From assembly GCA_965207455.1 (NCBI GenBank), contig CBDBMJ010000001.1, positions 64,001 to 128,000 on the forward strand: a stretch of 64,000 bases of DNA, written 5' to 3'. The notes beneath the pieces were generated by a model. The model was not told where the DNA came from, did no database searches, and saw nothing but the letters and a program-made list of their open reading frames with translations. Made by a program: the position numbers and the translations under genes. Numbering within the stretch: position 1 is the first letter of the stretch; each line of letters begins with the position of its first letter. Below are positions 9,002-19,887 of the stretch, in pieces. Origin of the DNA: Bdellovibrionota bacterium. Its GTDB lineage: Bacteria > Bdellovibrionota > UBA1018 > CAIPTA01 > JAALKR01.

Positions 9002-10417
9002 TTATATTCTAGGTCTAGAGGAGCCTTTAAACCGCTCAAAGAAATTAAAACCTTGTAAGTAACTCGCAGCCTTTTGCACTTGGTAGTCTGAGTGGGGGTC
9101 GATTTTTCGTGAATTTTTTTTACTCTTCTTTTTATTTTTAGATAGTATGAGTTCTTTAATTTTCTCTCCATTGGAGGAGAGTCCTGAGATGGTTCGCTTC
9201 AGGTCTGCTTCGCGTAGGTAGGTATTTTCTTTTTTGGCCTTTTTAAATAGCTCGGGGTCTATGTCATCGAGAAGTATATGGGGGTTAATGCCTTTTTTAT
9301 GAATGGAGATGCCGTTGGGGGTATGATAGGCAGCGATGGTTAGCTTGAGTCCCATTTTGTTACCAATGGGGCTTATTTGTTGTACAGAGCCTTTGCCAAA
9401 GGTTCTACTCCCAAGGATTAAGGCTCGGTTATGGTCCTTTAGAGCACCAGCTACAATTTCTGCAGCAGAAGCGGAATTCCCATTCACCAGTATAGCTAGT
9501 GGTAAATTTTTTCGAGCCATACCAGAGCGAGCTGTTTTCACTTCTTTTAGTTCCTTATTTCTTCCTATGATGGAAACAATGGTGCCGCTATCTAAAAAAA
9601 GATTCGTTACTTCCACGGCTTGACTCAAAAGTCCTCCTGGATTATTACGCAAGTCTAGGATCAGCCCAGAAAGTTTTTCTTTTTTCTCCATTTTGTTAAG
9701 GGCACGTTTAATATCTCTAGAAGATTTTTCTTGAAAATGACTCAATCGGATATAGGCAATATTATCCTTTAAGATTGCGTGGTGTACGCTGGGTATTTTT
9801 ATTACGGATCGTACAACTTTAAATTTTTTCATTTCCTTGCTGGAACTGCGATAAATAATGAGTTCAATGGCTGTGCCATTCTTGCCTCGCATTTTAGTGG
9901 CAGCCTCTAACAAGCTCAGTCCCTTTGTTTCTTCTCCGTTAATTTTAATAATTTTATCTTGTGCCATTATGCCTGCCTTCCATGCAGGAGTGTTTTCAAT
10001 GGAATGGCTGATGGTTAAAAGCCCATCTTTTCCCAAAAGTATATCTATTCCTATTCCTCCAAAGGTTCCCGATGTTTCCATTTTCATTTGACGGTAAATT
10101 TCTGGATTTAGGAGGCTGGAATGGGAGTCTAGGGTTTGGAGCATTCCCTGGATAGCACCATTGATAAGTTTTTCCGTATCTACTGGGTTTGCGTATTGAG
10201 TTTCCACAAAATTTAATACACGGCTGAAAAAGGCTATTTGCTTATATTTTTTTTCTGTGACCGCTGGTTTTGGTGCAGCAGTGGCATTGGGGTGGGAATG
10301 GAGAATGGGGAGCAGGAGGAGGATGGGGAGGAGGAACGCTATCCTTTTGTCGTTTAATGGATTTGGTAACGGATTTGGTAACGGACTTCGTTTATTTTGC
10401 TCATGTTGGTTTGTCAT
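9002..10417 (-). CDS. ctpA: Carboxyl-terminal processing protease (S41)
   Basis: GIGI PDZ region, DLRNNPGG, SASAAEI, TFGKGSVQ. Confidence 0.93.
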   Translation of the reverse strand: MTNQHEQNKRSPLPNPLPNPLNDKRIAFLLPILLLLPILHSHPNATAAPKPAVTEKKYKQIAFFSRVLNFVETQYANPVDTEKLINGAIQGMLQTLDSHSSLLNPEIYRQMKMETSGTFGGIGIDILLGKDGLLTISHSIENTPAWKAGIMAQDKIIKINGEETKGLSLLEAATKMRGKNGTAIELIIYRSSSKEMKKFKVVRSVIKIPSVHHAILKDNIAYIRLSHFQEKSSRDIKRALNKMEKKEKLSGLILDLRNNPGGLLSQAVEVTNLFLDSGTIVSIIGRNKELKEVKTARSGMARKNLPLAILVNGNSASAAEIVAGALKDHNRALILGSRTFGKGSVQQISPIGNKMGLKLTIAAYHTPNGISIHKKGINPHILLDDIDPELFKKAKKENTYLREADLKRTISGLSSNGEKIKELILSKNKKKSKKNSRKIDPHSDYQVQKAASYLQGFNFFERFKGSSRPRI

Positions 10418-10456
10418 TATTGCCTTTGCTCCTCTTGATTTAGTATAGCTTGAGAT

Positions 10457-11617
10457 TTATCGTTTTGCCTGTAGTTTTTCCCCATTTTTTAACCAAGGCA
10501 GGGGATTCATAGCCACATGACGTTTTCGAATCTCAAAGTACAGGGGGGCATTGTCTAGGGCAGTTTTGCCAATCACTTCTCCTTTTCTCACCCACTCTCC
10601 CGTGTTTTTTAAAATTTCTCCTAAGTGACCCATGAGGGTATAGTATTCCTTTCCATGCTCCATGATTAGTAATTGCTGGAAGCCTGCGAGTCTCCCGGAG
10701 TAAACTACTTTCCCGGGGTAAACAGCCTGAACAGGAGCACCTCCCTCTTTAGGTTGTATTTCAATTCCTTTATGGAAGCGGTATAGATTTGTTTTAGGGT
10801 CGTATTTTTTACCGAACTTACTCAGTAATATACCTTCGATGGGCGAGGGCAACTTGCCTTTGCGGGAGAGAAAATCCAAGGTATTTGTTTTTCTTTTTTT
10901 GGGAGAGGGCTCATTTTTTGCTATTTGGAGTATCCGGTGAATACCTTGTTTCATTTTTTCTATCTTTTGCAGCTTGCGGATTTGCTTAGCTAAAAAACGT
11001 GTATTTTTTCCTAATTGTTTTTGTTTAGAGCTCTTATTGGCTGCCAATACACTTTGTTTTTCCTTTAAACCGTTTACACGGTTGCGTATTTGTTCGTGTT
11101 TATGGCGAAGGCTCTCATCCAGATCGCTTAGTTTTTTGGATAGGCCCTTTAAGTGGGTCACCTCATCTGCATATTGAGATATGGATGCATCTATGGTGGC
11201 GTGTAGCATGGATCTCAGGGAGAGTTCTTTGCTTTTCATATTGGATATGGGTGTTTCATAGCGAAGAAGGAAGAATTCACTTAAGTATTTTTTTATGGTG
11301 CTCTTTCGTTGATGGATCATTTCCATTAAACTTTCTTTTCTTTGTTCCATTTCTTTTACTTTAATTTCAGTTTCTTGGAGTTCTAGGATGCTTAACTGGA
11401 TTTCCATTGCTTGCAGTCGCATTAATTTTTCTAATTTTTTCAGAATAGTCTGAGTGGATACTTTTTTTTGGCGTGCTTTTCGTATCTTACGCTTCATTAT
11501 TCCCACACGTTTTTGAGAATTTTTTAGTTCTGCGGACTGGGGACTTGTATTGGAAAGGGCTGCCTTGGGTGTTACTGCACACAGGAGTAAGGCATATAAT
11601 AGAATGTGCTTAAGCAA
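10457..11617 (-). CDS. envC: Murein hydrolase activator EnvC family (coiled coil plus M23)
   Basis: Signal peptide, long coiled coil, degenerate M23 domain (HKGIEI, LYFEIR); lies after ftsEX. Confidence 0.85.
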   Translation of the reverse strand: MLKHILLYALLLCAVTPKAALSNTSPQSAELKNSQKRVGIMKRKIRKARQKKVSTQTILKKLEKLMRLQAMEIQLSILELQETEIKVKEMEQRKESLMEMIHQRKSTIKKYLSEFFLLRYETPISNMKSKELSLRSMLHATIDASISQYADEVTHLKGLSKKLSDLDESLRHKHEQIRNRVNGLKEKQSVLAANKSSKQKQLGKNTRFLAKQIRKLQKIEKMKQGIHRILQIAKNEPSPKKRKTNTLDFLSRKGKLPSPIEGILLSKFGKKYDPKTNLYRFHKGIEIQPKEGGAPVQAVYPGKVVYSGRLAGFQQLLIMEHGKEYYTLMGHLGEILKNTGEWVRKGEVIGKTALDNAPLYFEIRKRHVAMNPLPWLKNGEKLQAKR

Positions 11618-12494
11618 AGGAGTTCCTCATAAATGCTATGGCAGCCCCCAGTGTATGGGCCACAAGTCCAGCCAAGAACATGGCAACTAGAGCCCATAGA
11701 AGGAGTGTATTGTCTAGCATAAAGGGGTCATAGCCCAAGGCTGTGAAAAATTGGTTAAATAGAAGAATAATAAAGTTTCGTCCATATAAAAGAATCCCTG
11801 CGGCACCCAAGGATCCCACGGTGGCGTAGAGCACAGACTCAGTCACCCATGGAAGTAATATCCACCTGGGACTAGCTCCAAAGCTTTGGATAAGGTAGAT
11901 TTCTTGGGCATCTTGGGACTGAATATTTTGGTAGTGGTTGGTGGCCATAATAACAAGCACTAACCATAGGGCAATGGCAAGCATTACCCCACCTACACTG
12001 AGCCAGTATAGGGGTTTTTTTGCACCTCCAATGCGTTTGTTTCCACTTTCTACACGGGATACGCCGGGGAATGTTTTAATCTTATTGATGGCATTGTTCT
12101 GTTGTTTTCTGGAGTATAGGGAAGGAAAGGTAACCTCCACCACTCTAGGAAAAATATCCTCTCCCACGCCGTCTAGGATTTGAAAAATTTCAGGAAATTT
12201 TTTGGAAAGGTAGGTTTTAAATTCCCGTACTCCAATAATTTGGATAGTCGATACTTCTTTTAAATCTCGGATCTTTTCTGAAATAGAAGAAAGGGAATTT
12301 GTGTTTGTGGGATCCACAAATACGGCAAGCATTCGGTTGGCTTTTAAATTTATTTGATCCCCTCCCTGTATCCAATAGGACCAAAAACCAAGGCTGGTAG
12401 CACTTAGGAGTATGGCTGTTGTGGAGAATAGGGCTAGTATGGAAGCAAAAAGTCTACGACGCATTCCGTGAATAGTGTTCTTTAAAAAATACAT
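11610..12494 (-). CDS. ftsX: Cell division permease FtsX
   Basis: Four-TM topology, EIYLIQSFGASPRWILLPW motif, adjacent to ftsE. Confidence 0.82.
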   Translation of the reverse strand: MYFLKNTIHGMRRRLFASILALFSTTAILLSATSLGFWSYWIQGGDQINLKANRMLAVFVDPTNTNSLSSISEKIRDLKEVSTIQIIGVREFKTYLSKKFPEIFQILDGVGEDIFPRVVEVTFPSLYSRKQQNNAINKIKTFPGVSRVESGNKRIGGAKKPLYWLSVGGVMLAIALWLVLVIMATNHYQNIQSQDAQEIYLIQSFGASPRWILLPWVTESVLYATVGSLGAAGILLYGRNFIILLFNQFFTALGYDPFMLDNTLLLWALVAMFLAGLVAHTLGAAIAFMRNSFA

Positions 12495-13192
12495 ATACCT
12501 TCCCTGTTATCTAGGCGTAGCCGTCCTCCACTCAGGTGGCCCGTCTGTTTGCGAACTTTTCTTACAATATCCTGATCGTGGGTAGCCACAATGATGGACA
12601 TTCCCTTTAGGTTGAGTTTTTGGAATAGGTCCATGATGCTCCAAGTGTGATCGTGGTCGAGGCTTCCCGTGGGTTCGTCTGCGATTAAAAAATCAGGCTT
12701 ATTGATAATGGCGCGAGCAATGGCAATACGCTGTTTTTCTCCACCTGAGAGTTCCTTGAGAGGTGTGTAGAGAGCTTTTTTAGAAATGCCGACGTCTTCG
12801 GCAGTGGAGTAGACCAGTTTTTTTGCCTTTGGATCTGTGGGAGAGACGGGAGCCACCCCTGTGCCAGCGCGACCAAAATATAAGGGTAGTACGATGTTTT
12901 CATAGGCACTACGGTCATGGAGAAGGCGCAGGTCTTGGTAAACAATTCCCAAGGTTCGTCGCAATTGCAATATGTTGGACGACAGTTTTCCCACAGGGTA
13001 GGTGCCGTGAAGAAGCACGTCTCCTTCCGATGGCTTTTCTTCTCCAGAGAGCATTTTGAGAAGAGTTGTTTTTCCTGCACCACTGTCTCCCACGATAAAG
13101 AGAAAATCCCCGGGCTTCCATTCTAGGGAGATTTGATGGAGCGTGGGGGTGTTTTGGTAGTAGGTTTTTGATGCGCGTCGCATTGAAATCAT
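12482..13192 (-). CDS. ftsE: Cell division ABC ATPase FtsE
   Basis: [22 protein letters not shown]; synteny ftsE-ftsX-envC-ctpA. Confidence 0.9.
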   Translation of the reverse strand: MISMRRASKTYYQNTPTLHQISLEWKPGDFLFIVGDSGAGKTTLLKMLSGEEKPSEGDVLLHGTYPVGKLSSNILQLRRTLGIVYQDLRLLHDRSAYENIVLPLYFGRAGTGVAPVSPTDPKAKKLVYSTAEDVGISKKALYTPLKELSGGEKQRIAIARAIINKPDFLIADEPTGSLDHDHTWSIMDLFQKLNLKGMSIIVATHDQDIVRKVRKQTGHLSGGRLRLDNREGICIF

Positions 13193-13251
13193 AGGCGTCC
13201 TCTAAAAAAATTTTAGCATCGTTCTCCCTCCTTTGGTAGTCTATAAAGGTT

Positions 13252-14751
13252 ATGATACTTGAAAAGGAAAAAGTAAATCATCCTAGGATGTTTATGCGCT
13301 GTGGGCGAGGTGCCATTCTCCTTTTTCTCTCCACCACACTTGTAGTATGGGTTTTCCATGAACCCAGCTCATGGGCCGGCAAAAAATCCCCAGAGCTTCA
13401 AGTGAGTGGGGGTTTGGTGGACTTGCAAAAAGCACCACTTTTTTATTCCAAATCCTATTCCTTGGCGAAGACTTGGGGGCCTAGCATTCCTTTAGATAAT
13501 GCTTTTTCTGTGAAAAAAACATACGGGCGTTGGATATACGGTCAACCGGTACCGTTAAAAAGGATGCTCGTTAAGGATTATGCTCCCAATGGGTGGGTGT
13601 ATAGTCTTATGTTGCTTTCCTCTGGAGAGAGGGCTTCCCGCAGTAAGGCTATTCGTCAGCTTATTTTCTCTTCTGGTTTTTACGGTAAAGATCTTTGGAA
13701 AGGAAGGAAGGTATCTTGGGAAGCTCACCACTATTTAAATTTTTTGGATAGCTTAGTCCTTAGTAAGAAGACATTGGATATTTTTTCTGGTGGTGCAGTG
13801 GCAGAGGTACCTGTTAAGCCATTTTCTCTTTTTCCGTTGGCCATGGCAGAAACGGCAGAAAAAAAGGAGAAGGGCTTGGGGCTCACGGGGGTAAGCTTTC
13901 ATTTTTTAAGAGAGGCCTCCAATCAATTAAAAAAACAGCGAGCACAAAAAAGAAAGCGGGTACGTGCTCTTAAGTTACAGCCGAGGAAAGTTCCTTTGCC
14001 TAGTCTTGAGGTGAAAAAAAATATTTTAGGTCATTATCTGAGTGCTAAACGTTTAGTATTTCCAAGGTTAAGTCATAATACGGTAGATACCCATTTATAT
14101 CTCAGGGCGATTACTGCCCGTCTGCTCCAACATTGCCCTCAATCCGTTCGCAAGTTTTGGAAGAATAAGCATTGGTCTACCTACCAGATAGAAACAATTC
14201 AAGGTGAAGGCAAGGACGTTTGGTCTCAGTTGACTTTGTCGGGAGGAAATTTTTTTTACAGTAACCAGGCACTTCGTTTAGCTAAGAATGAGGCTGAGCT
14301 TGCCTATCTTCTTATTCGTCCATTTATATTGACATCACGACTCAAGGAAATTCCATTGAAATTTCAAAAATCTTGGTTGCCAAATATCTATGCTCAAGAG
14401 GAGTTGCTATGGAAGAAACAGTTGGAGTACCAGTCCACCAAGTATAATCCAAAATTGGATGTGGGCGACGATATTGCGGTGGACTTGATAGCTTCCCGTT
14501 GCCTAGCAGGTGAAGGTTATGATTATTGGGCGGGTGTGGAGTATATAAAAAAATTCAGGGACTATCAGAAAGCTACTGAGGGTAAGAAATCCTCAGCTGT
14601 TTGGGATTATAATCAATTCAAGGGACTCAACTATCGCCTAGAAAATGTGATACGTAGGCTTAAGGTGTGGGAGAAGAGTAATAACTTGAGTGGTGTGAGA
14701 AAGAAAAATGTGAAACGTTTTCAAATAGCACGTTCATTGTGGAATTTCTAA
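13252..14751 (+). CDS. Exported hypothetical protein with a degenerate M48-peptidase-like C-terminal domain
   Basis: Signal-like N-terminus; NEAELAYLL and VDLIASRCLAGEGYD segments resemble M48 but HExxH is absent. Confidence 0.55.
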   Translation: MILEKEKVNHPRMFMRCGRGAILLFLSTTLVVWVFHEPSSWAGKKSPELQVSGGLVDLQKAPLFYSKSYSLAKTWGPSIPLDNAFSVKKTYGRWIYGQPVPLKRMLVKDYAPNGWVYSLMLLSSGERASRSKAIRQLIFSSGFYGKDLWKGRKVSWEAHHYLNFLDSLVLSKKTLDIFSGGAVAEVPVKPFSLFPLAMAETAEKKEKGLGLTGVSFHFLREASNQLKKQRAQKRKRVRALKLQPRKVPLPSLEVKKNILGHYLSAKRLVFPRLSHNTVDTHLYLRAITARLLQHCPQSVRKFWKNKHWSTYQIETIQGEGKDVWSQLTLSGGNFFYSNQALRLAKNEAELAYLLIRPFILTSRLKEIPLKFQKSWLPNIYAQEELLWKKQLEYQSTKYNPKLDVGDDIAVDLIASRCLAGEGYDYWAGVEYIKKFRDYQKATEGKKSSAVWDYNQFKGLNYRLENVIRRLKVWEKSNNLSGVRKKNVKRFQIARSLWNF

Positions 14752-14775
14752 GCTGAATGGGGCATAGCGAGATAT

Positions 14776-15702
14776 ATGGAAAGAGTTACATTAAGTAGAA
14801 AAATAGCAGCTCCAGTATTCCTGTCCCTATTTTATTTATTTATATCAAAGGTATGTTTTTATTTTCTACTGACGATTGTAACCAGTCTTGTGCTTTTCGA
14901 TGGAGATGATCAAGCCAGTAAAACCATTCATGAGATTTCCAATCAATATATTTTTTTATCTTATAGTTTAGGAGCTATTATCACATTGCTTATTTGTTGG
15001 GCCAATGATCATGTTTTAGATGGATACCTTCCCCTGTCCAGTCAGTCCAGTAAAAAGCCTTGGAGTTTTCGTTTGAGTCGTCCCGCTAGGTTGAATTTCT
15101 GGCGAGGAGTGGGAAGTGGCATGATTATTTCCTTCAGCGTGATTTTTTTATTGTATTTTTCTGGGCAATCTTTGTTTTTAGGAAGTTTTATTAGCCCCTT
15201 TACCCATGCACCGATTTTCTTTTTATTTTTAGCAAATTCTGTATCTCTTGGGTTTATGGTTCTCTGTGAGGAATATATATTTCGCCATAAGGTGCTGGGG
15301 TTATTGAAAGAGCGAATTGCTCCCTTTTACGCTATTTTTGTGAGCTCACTTATTTATGTACTCATAAAGCATTTTCAGTTCCAACTGGCATGTATCGACT
15401 ATTTAAGTCTTTTTATTGTAAATTTTTCTGCTGGATTTTTTTACTTAAGAACAAAAAATATTTTTCGTGGTGTGGGCTTTTTAGGTACTTTATACGGCTT
15501 TACCCATTTTGTTTTTGGGCTTACCCTTTGGGGGCATGCTGGTGCGGGTCTTTTTTTAATTAAAGATTCCAGCTTTGCTTTTCCCATTATTACGGGAGGC
15601 AAGGACGGTCCCTTGGCAGGGTTAGCTATGGTGGGAGCTCTATTATTACTAACGATTTCAAGCTATTGGGGTTGGAGGCAGTCGAGAGTTAGGGTACAAT
15701 AA
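14776..15702 (+). CDS. CPBP (Abi/CAAX) intramembrane protease family protein
   Basis: Multiple TM segments; EEYIFR and F/Y-x-L-x-x-H motifs; C-terminal ITGGKDGP. Confidence 0.75.
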   Translation: MERVTLSRKIAAPVFLSLFYLFISKVCFYFLLTIVTSLVLFDGDDQASKTIHEISNQYIFLSYSLGAIITLLICWANDHVLDGYLPLSSQSSKKPWSFRLSRPARLNFWRGVGSGMIISFSVIFLLYFSGQSLFLGSFISPFTHAPIFFLFLANSVSLGFMVLCEEYIFRHKVLGLLKERIAPFYAIFVSSLIYVLIKHFQFQLACIDYLSLFIVNFSAGFFYLRTKNIFRGVGFLGTLYGFTHFVFGLTLWGHAGAGLFLIKDSSFAFPIITGGKDGPLAGLAMVGALLLLTISSYWGWRQSRVRVQ

Positions 15703-15722
15703 AGAAAAAGGAGTATGGTGGT

Positions 15723-16397
15723 ATGGAAGATAATAGTCTTGGTGTTTTAAATCTTATTTTGCACGCAGGTCCAGTTGTAAAATTAACGATGATGGTGTTG
15801 TTCGTTGCCAGTATTGGCACATGGGCTATTATTTTTTTTAAGTGGAGAATTTTTAAAAATGCAAAAAGACAAAACAGAGAATTTTTAAAAGGTTTTTGGA
15901 GTGGACGCAGTTTAGGGGAGTCATTTATTCGAGCAGAAGATTTCCCTCTGAGTCCGGTTGCAAAGTCTTTTATGGAAGTTATTCGAGAATCCCGTCTTAA
16001 TCATACAAAAAATAAGGTGGAAAGTTTGGAAGTACGAACAGCTATCATTATGCGTACGTTGCAAAAATCCAATACGGGAGAGCTATCCTCTCTGGAGTAT
16101 GCCCTTACTTGGTTGGCCACAACGGCAAGCGCCTCTCCCTTTATTGGCTTATTTGGAACGGTTTGGGGAATTATGGGTAGTTTTCAATCCATTGGGATTT
16201 CCGGTTCTGCCAATTTAGCAGTCGTGGCGCCAGGTATTAGTGAAGCATTGGTGGCCACTGCTTTGGGTTTAGTGGCAGCTGTTCCTGCAGCAATTGCCTA
16301 TAATTATTTTAATAGTAAGGTGAAGAGTCAGGCAATAGCGTTGGATTCTTTTAGTCGAGACTTAATGAATTTGCTCCAGCGGCAGGAGGCAATTTAA
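15723..16397 (+). CDS. tolQ: TolQ
   Basis: SPFIGLFGTVWGIM and APGISEALVATALGL. Confidence 0.92.
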   Translation: MEDNSLGVLNLILHAGPVVKLTMMVLFVASIGTWAIIFFKWRIFKNAKRQNREFLKGFWSGRSLGESFIRAEDFPLSPVAKSFMEVIRESRLNHTKNKVESLEVRTAIIMRTLQKSNTGELSSLEYALTWLATTASASPFIGLFGTVWGIMGSFQSIGISGSANLAVVAPGISEALVATALGLVAAVPAAIAYNYFNSKVKSQAIALDSFSRDLMNLLQRQEAI

Positions 16398-16403
16398 GCA
16401 TTT

Positions 16404-16835
16404 ATGAAAGAAGACTTTTCCAGTTTTGTTCCTCCTCGTATGCTTTCAGAAATTAATGTAACGCCATTTGTGGACGTTATGTTGGTTCTGTTAATTGTTT
16501 TTATGATTTCTGCTCCCTTGATGCAACAAGGGGTTCAGGTGGATCTGCCTCAAACCAATGCTCGTCCATTGACGGAACAGCAGCAACCCATCATACTTAC
16601 GGTTCGTAGGGATGGACAAGTGCGTATCAACAAGAATAGAGTTCCTTTGGGTAAGCTGTCCAGTAAATTACGAGCAATTTATAAAGATAGGAAAAAAAAG
16701 GAAATATTTATTCAAGCAGATCGAAAGGCTGCTTATGGAATGGTGGCTAAGGTGCTTTCCGCAGTGCAACTTGCAGGAGTTTATAAGATAGGCTTAGTAA
16801 CCAAACCAAACAAGCGCCGTAGAAATAAAAAGTAA
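16404..16835 (+). CDS. tolR: TolR
   Basis: SEINVTPFVDVMLVLLIVFM. Confidence 0.92.
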   Translation: MKEDFSSFVPPRMLSEINVTPFVDVMLVLLIVFMISAPLMQQGVQVDLPQTNARPLTEQQQPIILTVRRDGQVRINKNRVPLGKLSSKLRAIYKDRKKKEIFIQADRKAAYGMVAKVLSAVQLAGVYKIGLVTKPNKRRRNKK

Positions 16836-16841
16836 AAAAAC

Positions 16842-17588
16842 ATGGTCTCCCCATCCTTATCCAATCCAGCCATTCTTCCCAGAAGCTATATTCGATTTTC
16901 CATTATCCTTCACTTAGTTTTTTTCTTATTGCTTTTTTTGGGTGAAACGTTCTTTTCTAGAGATATTATTGTGATCCCGCCTTCAGTACAAATCGAGATG
17001 GTGGCCCTACCCGATTTAGTGAAAAATCGAGGCGCTCCTGTAAAGGTCCAGGATCCCATTCGTGATATTGCGCCTCGAAAATCTCCACCTCCTCCAAAGA
17101 AAGCGGATAGAATGAAGCTTTCCACTAGGAAGAAAACAAAAAAGAGTAATCTAGGCGCGTTACGTAATTTTCGTAAAAAAGTACAAAAAAAAAATAAAAA
17201 ACTTTTGGAGAGAAAGAAAAAAGAACTGGAGCGTTTAGAGACTAATTTTCGTCGGCCGTTAAAAGGAAATCAATTACATCAAGGTAGTAGCAGCTCAGGG
17301 GAGCGCACAAAAATACTGGATAAATACCTGGGGTATATTCGAGGAAAAATCCAATCCAATTGGACGATTCCTCCCTATTTGGAGTCTAAAAATTTAAAAG
17401 CGACAGTGCGTTTATATATTGATGCTCAAGGAAAAATTCGCTATTCTTTAAAAGAGAGTTCGGGTAATAAAGTATTTGATACTCAGGTGAAGGAATCATT
17501 GGAGAAAAGCAACCCATTTGATGCGCCACCCGTGGATATGCGTATGGATTTGATGAAAAGAGGATTGGATTTAGGGTTTCCCCTATGA
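16842..17588 (+). CDS. tolA: TolA/TonB family protein
   Basis: N-terminal TM with SxxxH, Pro/Lys-rich linker, TonB_C-like C-terminus; lies between tolR and tolB. Confidence 0.78.
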   Translation: MVSPSLSNPAILPRSYIRFSIILHLVFFLLLFLGETFFSRDIIVIPPSVQIEMVALPDLVKNRGAPVKVQDPIRDIAPRKSPPPPKKADRMKLSTRKKTKKSNLGALRNFRKKVQKKNKKLLERKKKELERLETNFRRPLKGNQLHQGSSSSGERTKILDKYLGYIRGKIQSNWTIPPYLESKNLKATVRLYIDAQGKIRYSLKESSGNKVFDTQVKESLEKSNPFDAPPVDMRMDLMKRGLDLGFPL

Positions 17589-18916
17589 TGAAGCAATTAT
17601 GGATTATCTGTGGCTTGTACTTCTTTTTTCTGGAGGTGGCATTTGGGCAAGTAGGAAAGCCACTCCTAAGGTTGGAGGTGGGAAAACCGCGCACCCAACG
17701 TTCCCAAATAGCATTTCCCCCTGTGCGCTATCTTCCTAAGTCAAAAGATCCTAAGGGGCATGTTCGTCTCACCCGTGATGTAATTGTGGAAGATCTTGCT
17801 TTCTCCGGTTTATTTACTTTTATCAGTCCAACTGCATTTTTAGAAAAAAAATCTGCTGGAGTGAAGTTAGGTGAATTTAAATTTTCCAACTGGAGTGCTA
17901 TCAATGCCCAGTTTTTAATTAAAACCACTGGAGAGGTAAAAGGAAAGAATATTTTCATGAATATATATTTGTATGCAGTGAATACGAAAAAAGAGCTTTT
18001 CTCTAAACGCTATATTTCCGTAGTGGGGTCAGTACGAAGATTGGCTCATACAATTGCAGGAGATATTTTTTATAAGCTCACAGGTATTAAGGCACCCTTC
18101 ACATCCAAGGTTGCTTTTGTGAGTGATAGAACAGGAAAAAAAGAAATTTATGTGATGGATTATGATGGTCATAATGTTATCCAAATTACTCGTCGGAGGT
18201 CGGTGGCCATGGGACCTGCATGGTCTCCAGATGGAAGGACTCTTCTCTTTTCCTCCATAACCAAAAATAAAAAGAATGTGGAAAATCATAATCTATTTAG
18301 CTACGGGCTGAGTACAGGAAAAATTCGCTTGCTTTCCAATCGTAAGGGCTTAAATGCGGGCGCTGATTATTCCCCCGATGGGAAAAAGATTGCACTTACC
18401 ATGAGCTTTTTACGGGGAAATCCAGATATATTTACCATGGATCCTAAAACAAGAAAGGCAACTCGATTAACGAGAGCTGCTGGCTCTGATGTGGACCCCA
18501 GTTGGAGTGCCGACGGGAAGAAAATTGCATTTATTTCGGATCGTTCGGGCAAGTCCATGGTTTATGTAATGGATAGTAACGGGAAAAACCAAAAACGAAT
18601 TACTTATGCAGGAGTTTACAATGCCACTCCCAGTTGGTCCCCCACTGGTAAGAAAATTGCTTTCGCTGGCTGGAAAGATAAGCATTTTGATATTTTTATT
18701 ATGAATGCTGATGGCACAAAAATTGAGCGCCTCACGAACAAATCAGGGAATAATGAAGACCCTCACTTTGCCTCTGATGGGTATTTTATTATTTACAGTT
18801 CCAATCGATTGGGGAAACGAAATCTTTATATTACAAATATCGATAATACCGTCCATCGCAGAATTACCCACAGGTCAGGGAATAATGAATCTCCCAAGTG
18901 GGGGCCGCCGTTGTAG
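17585..18916 (+). CDS. tolB: TolB beta-propeller protein
   Basis: PD40 repeats (PAWSPDG, PSWSADG, PSWSPTG) and IYVMDYDG. Confidence 0.92.
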   Translation: MMKQLWIICGLYFFFLEVAFGQVGKPLLRLEVGKPRTQRSQIAFPPVRYLPKSKDPKGHVRLTRDVIVEDLAFSGLFTFISPTAFLEKKSAGVKLGEFKFSNWSAINAQFLIKTTGEVKGKNIFMNIYLYAVNTKKELFSKRYISVVGSVRRLAHTIAGDIFYKLTGIKAPFTSKVAFVSDRTGKKEIYVMDYDGHNVIQITRRRSVAMGPAWSPDGRTLLFSSITKNKKNVENHNLFSYGLSTGKIRLLSNRKGLNAGADYSPDGKKIALTMSFLRGNPDIFTMDPKTRKATRLTRAAGSDVDPSWSADGKKIAFISDRSGKSMVYVMDSNGKNQKRITYAGVYNATPSWSPTGKKIAFAGWKDKHFDIFIMNADGTKIERLTNKSGNNEDPHFASDGYFIIYSSNRLGKRNLYITNIDNTVHRRITHRSGNNESPKWGPPL

Positions 18917-18930
18917 TTATAACCACAACC

Positions 18931-19887
18931 ATGAATAATTACTTGCCTTGTCTCTTTCGGAAAATGTCCATATTATTTTTGTTATTGGTGCCTGCCTGTA
19001 GTATAAAAAATATTTCCCTCATTTCTGAGGACTTAGGCAAAATGGGAATTTCGAAAGCCGCAGAGAAAGAATTTAAAGTAAGCGAGACATCCCCGGAAAT
19101 TAAACAGGAAACTAAGCGAGTAAAAAAAACGTCCAGAAGAAAAAATAAATTTTCTTTTAGAAAAGAAAATAAAGGTAAGCTTCCCTTTCGCATTGGAGAG
19201 ACTTTGAGATTTTCAGCCACATTTTGGGGCTTAGAGGGAGGCACGCTGTATCTTAATGTATTGCCAACTAAACATATACGAGGGAGAGAGGCGTTGCATA
19301 TTCGAGCTAGAATAATATCCTCTCCCTTGCTGGGCTTATTTTATCGAATGGACAACACAATGGAGACTCTTATGGATCGGGAAGGTCTTTTTAGCCATAG
19401 GTTTCACTTGAAGCAAGATGAATCCAAAAAGAAAGTGGATCAAATTGAATTTTTCGACCAAGAAAAGCACCTTATTCATTATTGGAAAAAACAAGTTCAT
19501 AGAGAAAAAGGATTTAAACTTCGTCAATTTACAAAAAAAACAAAAGACTATGTACAGGATACCCTATCTGTTATGTACTATGTGCGTACCCTAGATTTAA
19601 AGGTAGGGGAGAAACATAAATTCCCCGTGGTTTCCAATGGGAAAACATGGGATATATCGGTGAATGTTTTACGAAAAGAAGAGATAGAAACCACGGTGGG
19701 CACTTTTCCTGCGATAGCCTTGGATATGGAAGCCTATTTCGAAGGTAAGCTAGAGAAAAAGAAAGAGACCTTGTTGTGGTTAAGTGATGATACCAATAGA
19801 TATATATTGCAGATGGAGATAAAAATTAAAATAGGCAGACTCACAGCTTACCTCGAGGAAATCCTTCATGGAACACGAAGCATCTAG
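18931..19887 (+). CDS. DUF3108-like lipoprotein
   Basis: LLVPAC lipobox; PFRIGETL, QDTLS, TTVGTF and LWLSDD motifs. Confidence 0.7.
   Translation: MNNYLPCLFRKMSILFLLLVPACSIKNISLISEDLGKMGISKAAEKEFKVSETSPEIKQETKRVKKTSRRKNKFSFRKENKGKLPFRIGETLRFSATFWGLEGGTLYLNVLPTKHIRGREALHIRARIISSPLLGLFYRMDNTMETLMDREGLFSHRFHLKQDESKKKVDQIEFFDQEKHLIHYWKKQVHREKGFKLRQFTKKTKDYVQDTLSVMYYVRTLDLKVGEKHKFPVVSNGKTWDISVNVLRKEEIETTVGTFPAIALDMEAYFEGKLEKKKETLLWLSDDTNRYILQMEIKIKIGRLTAYLEEILHGTRSI

Noticed and set aside
10360..10386. 12-bp repeat (PLPN x2) at the ctpA N-terminus
   Set aside because: Short in-frame slippage in a non-conserved leader, possibly upstream of the real start
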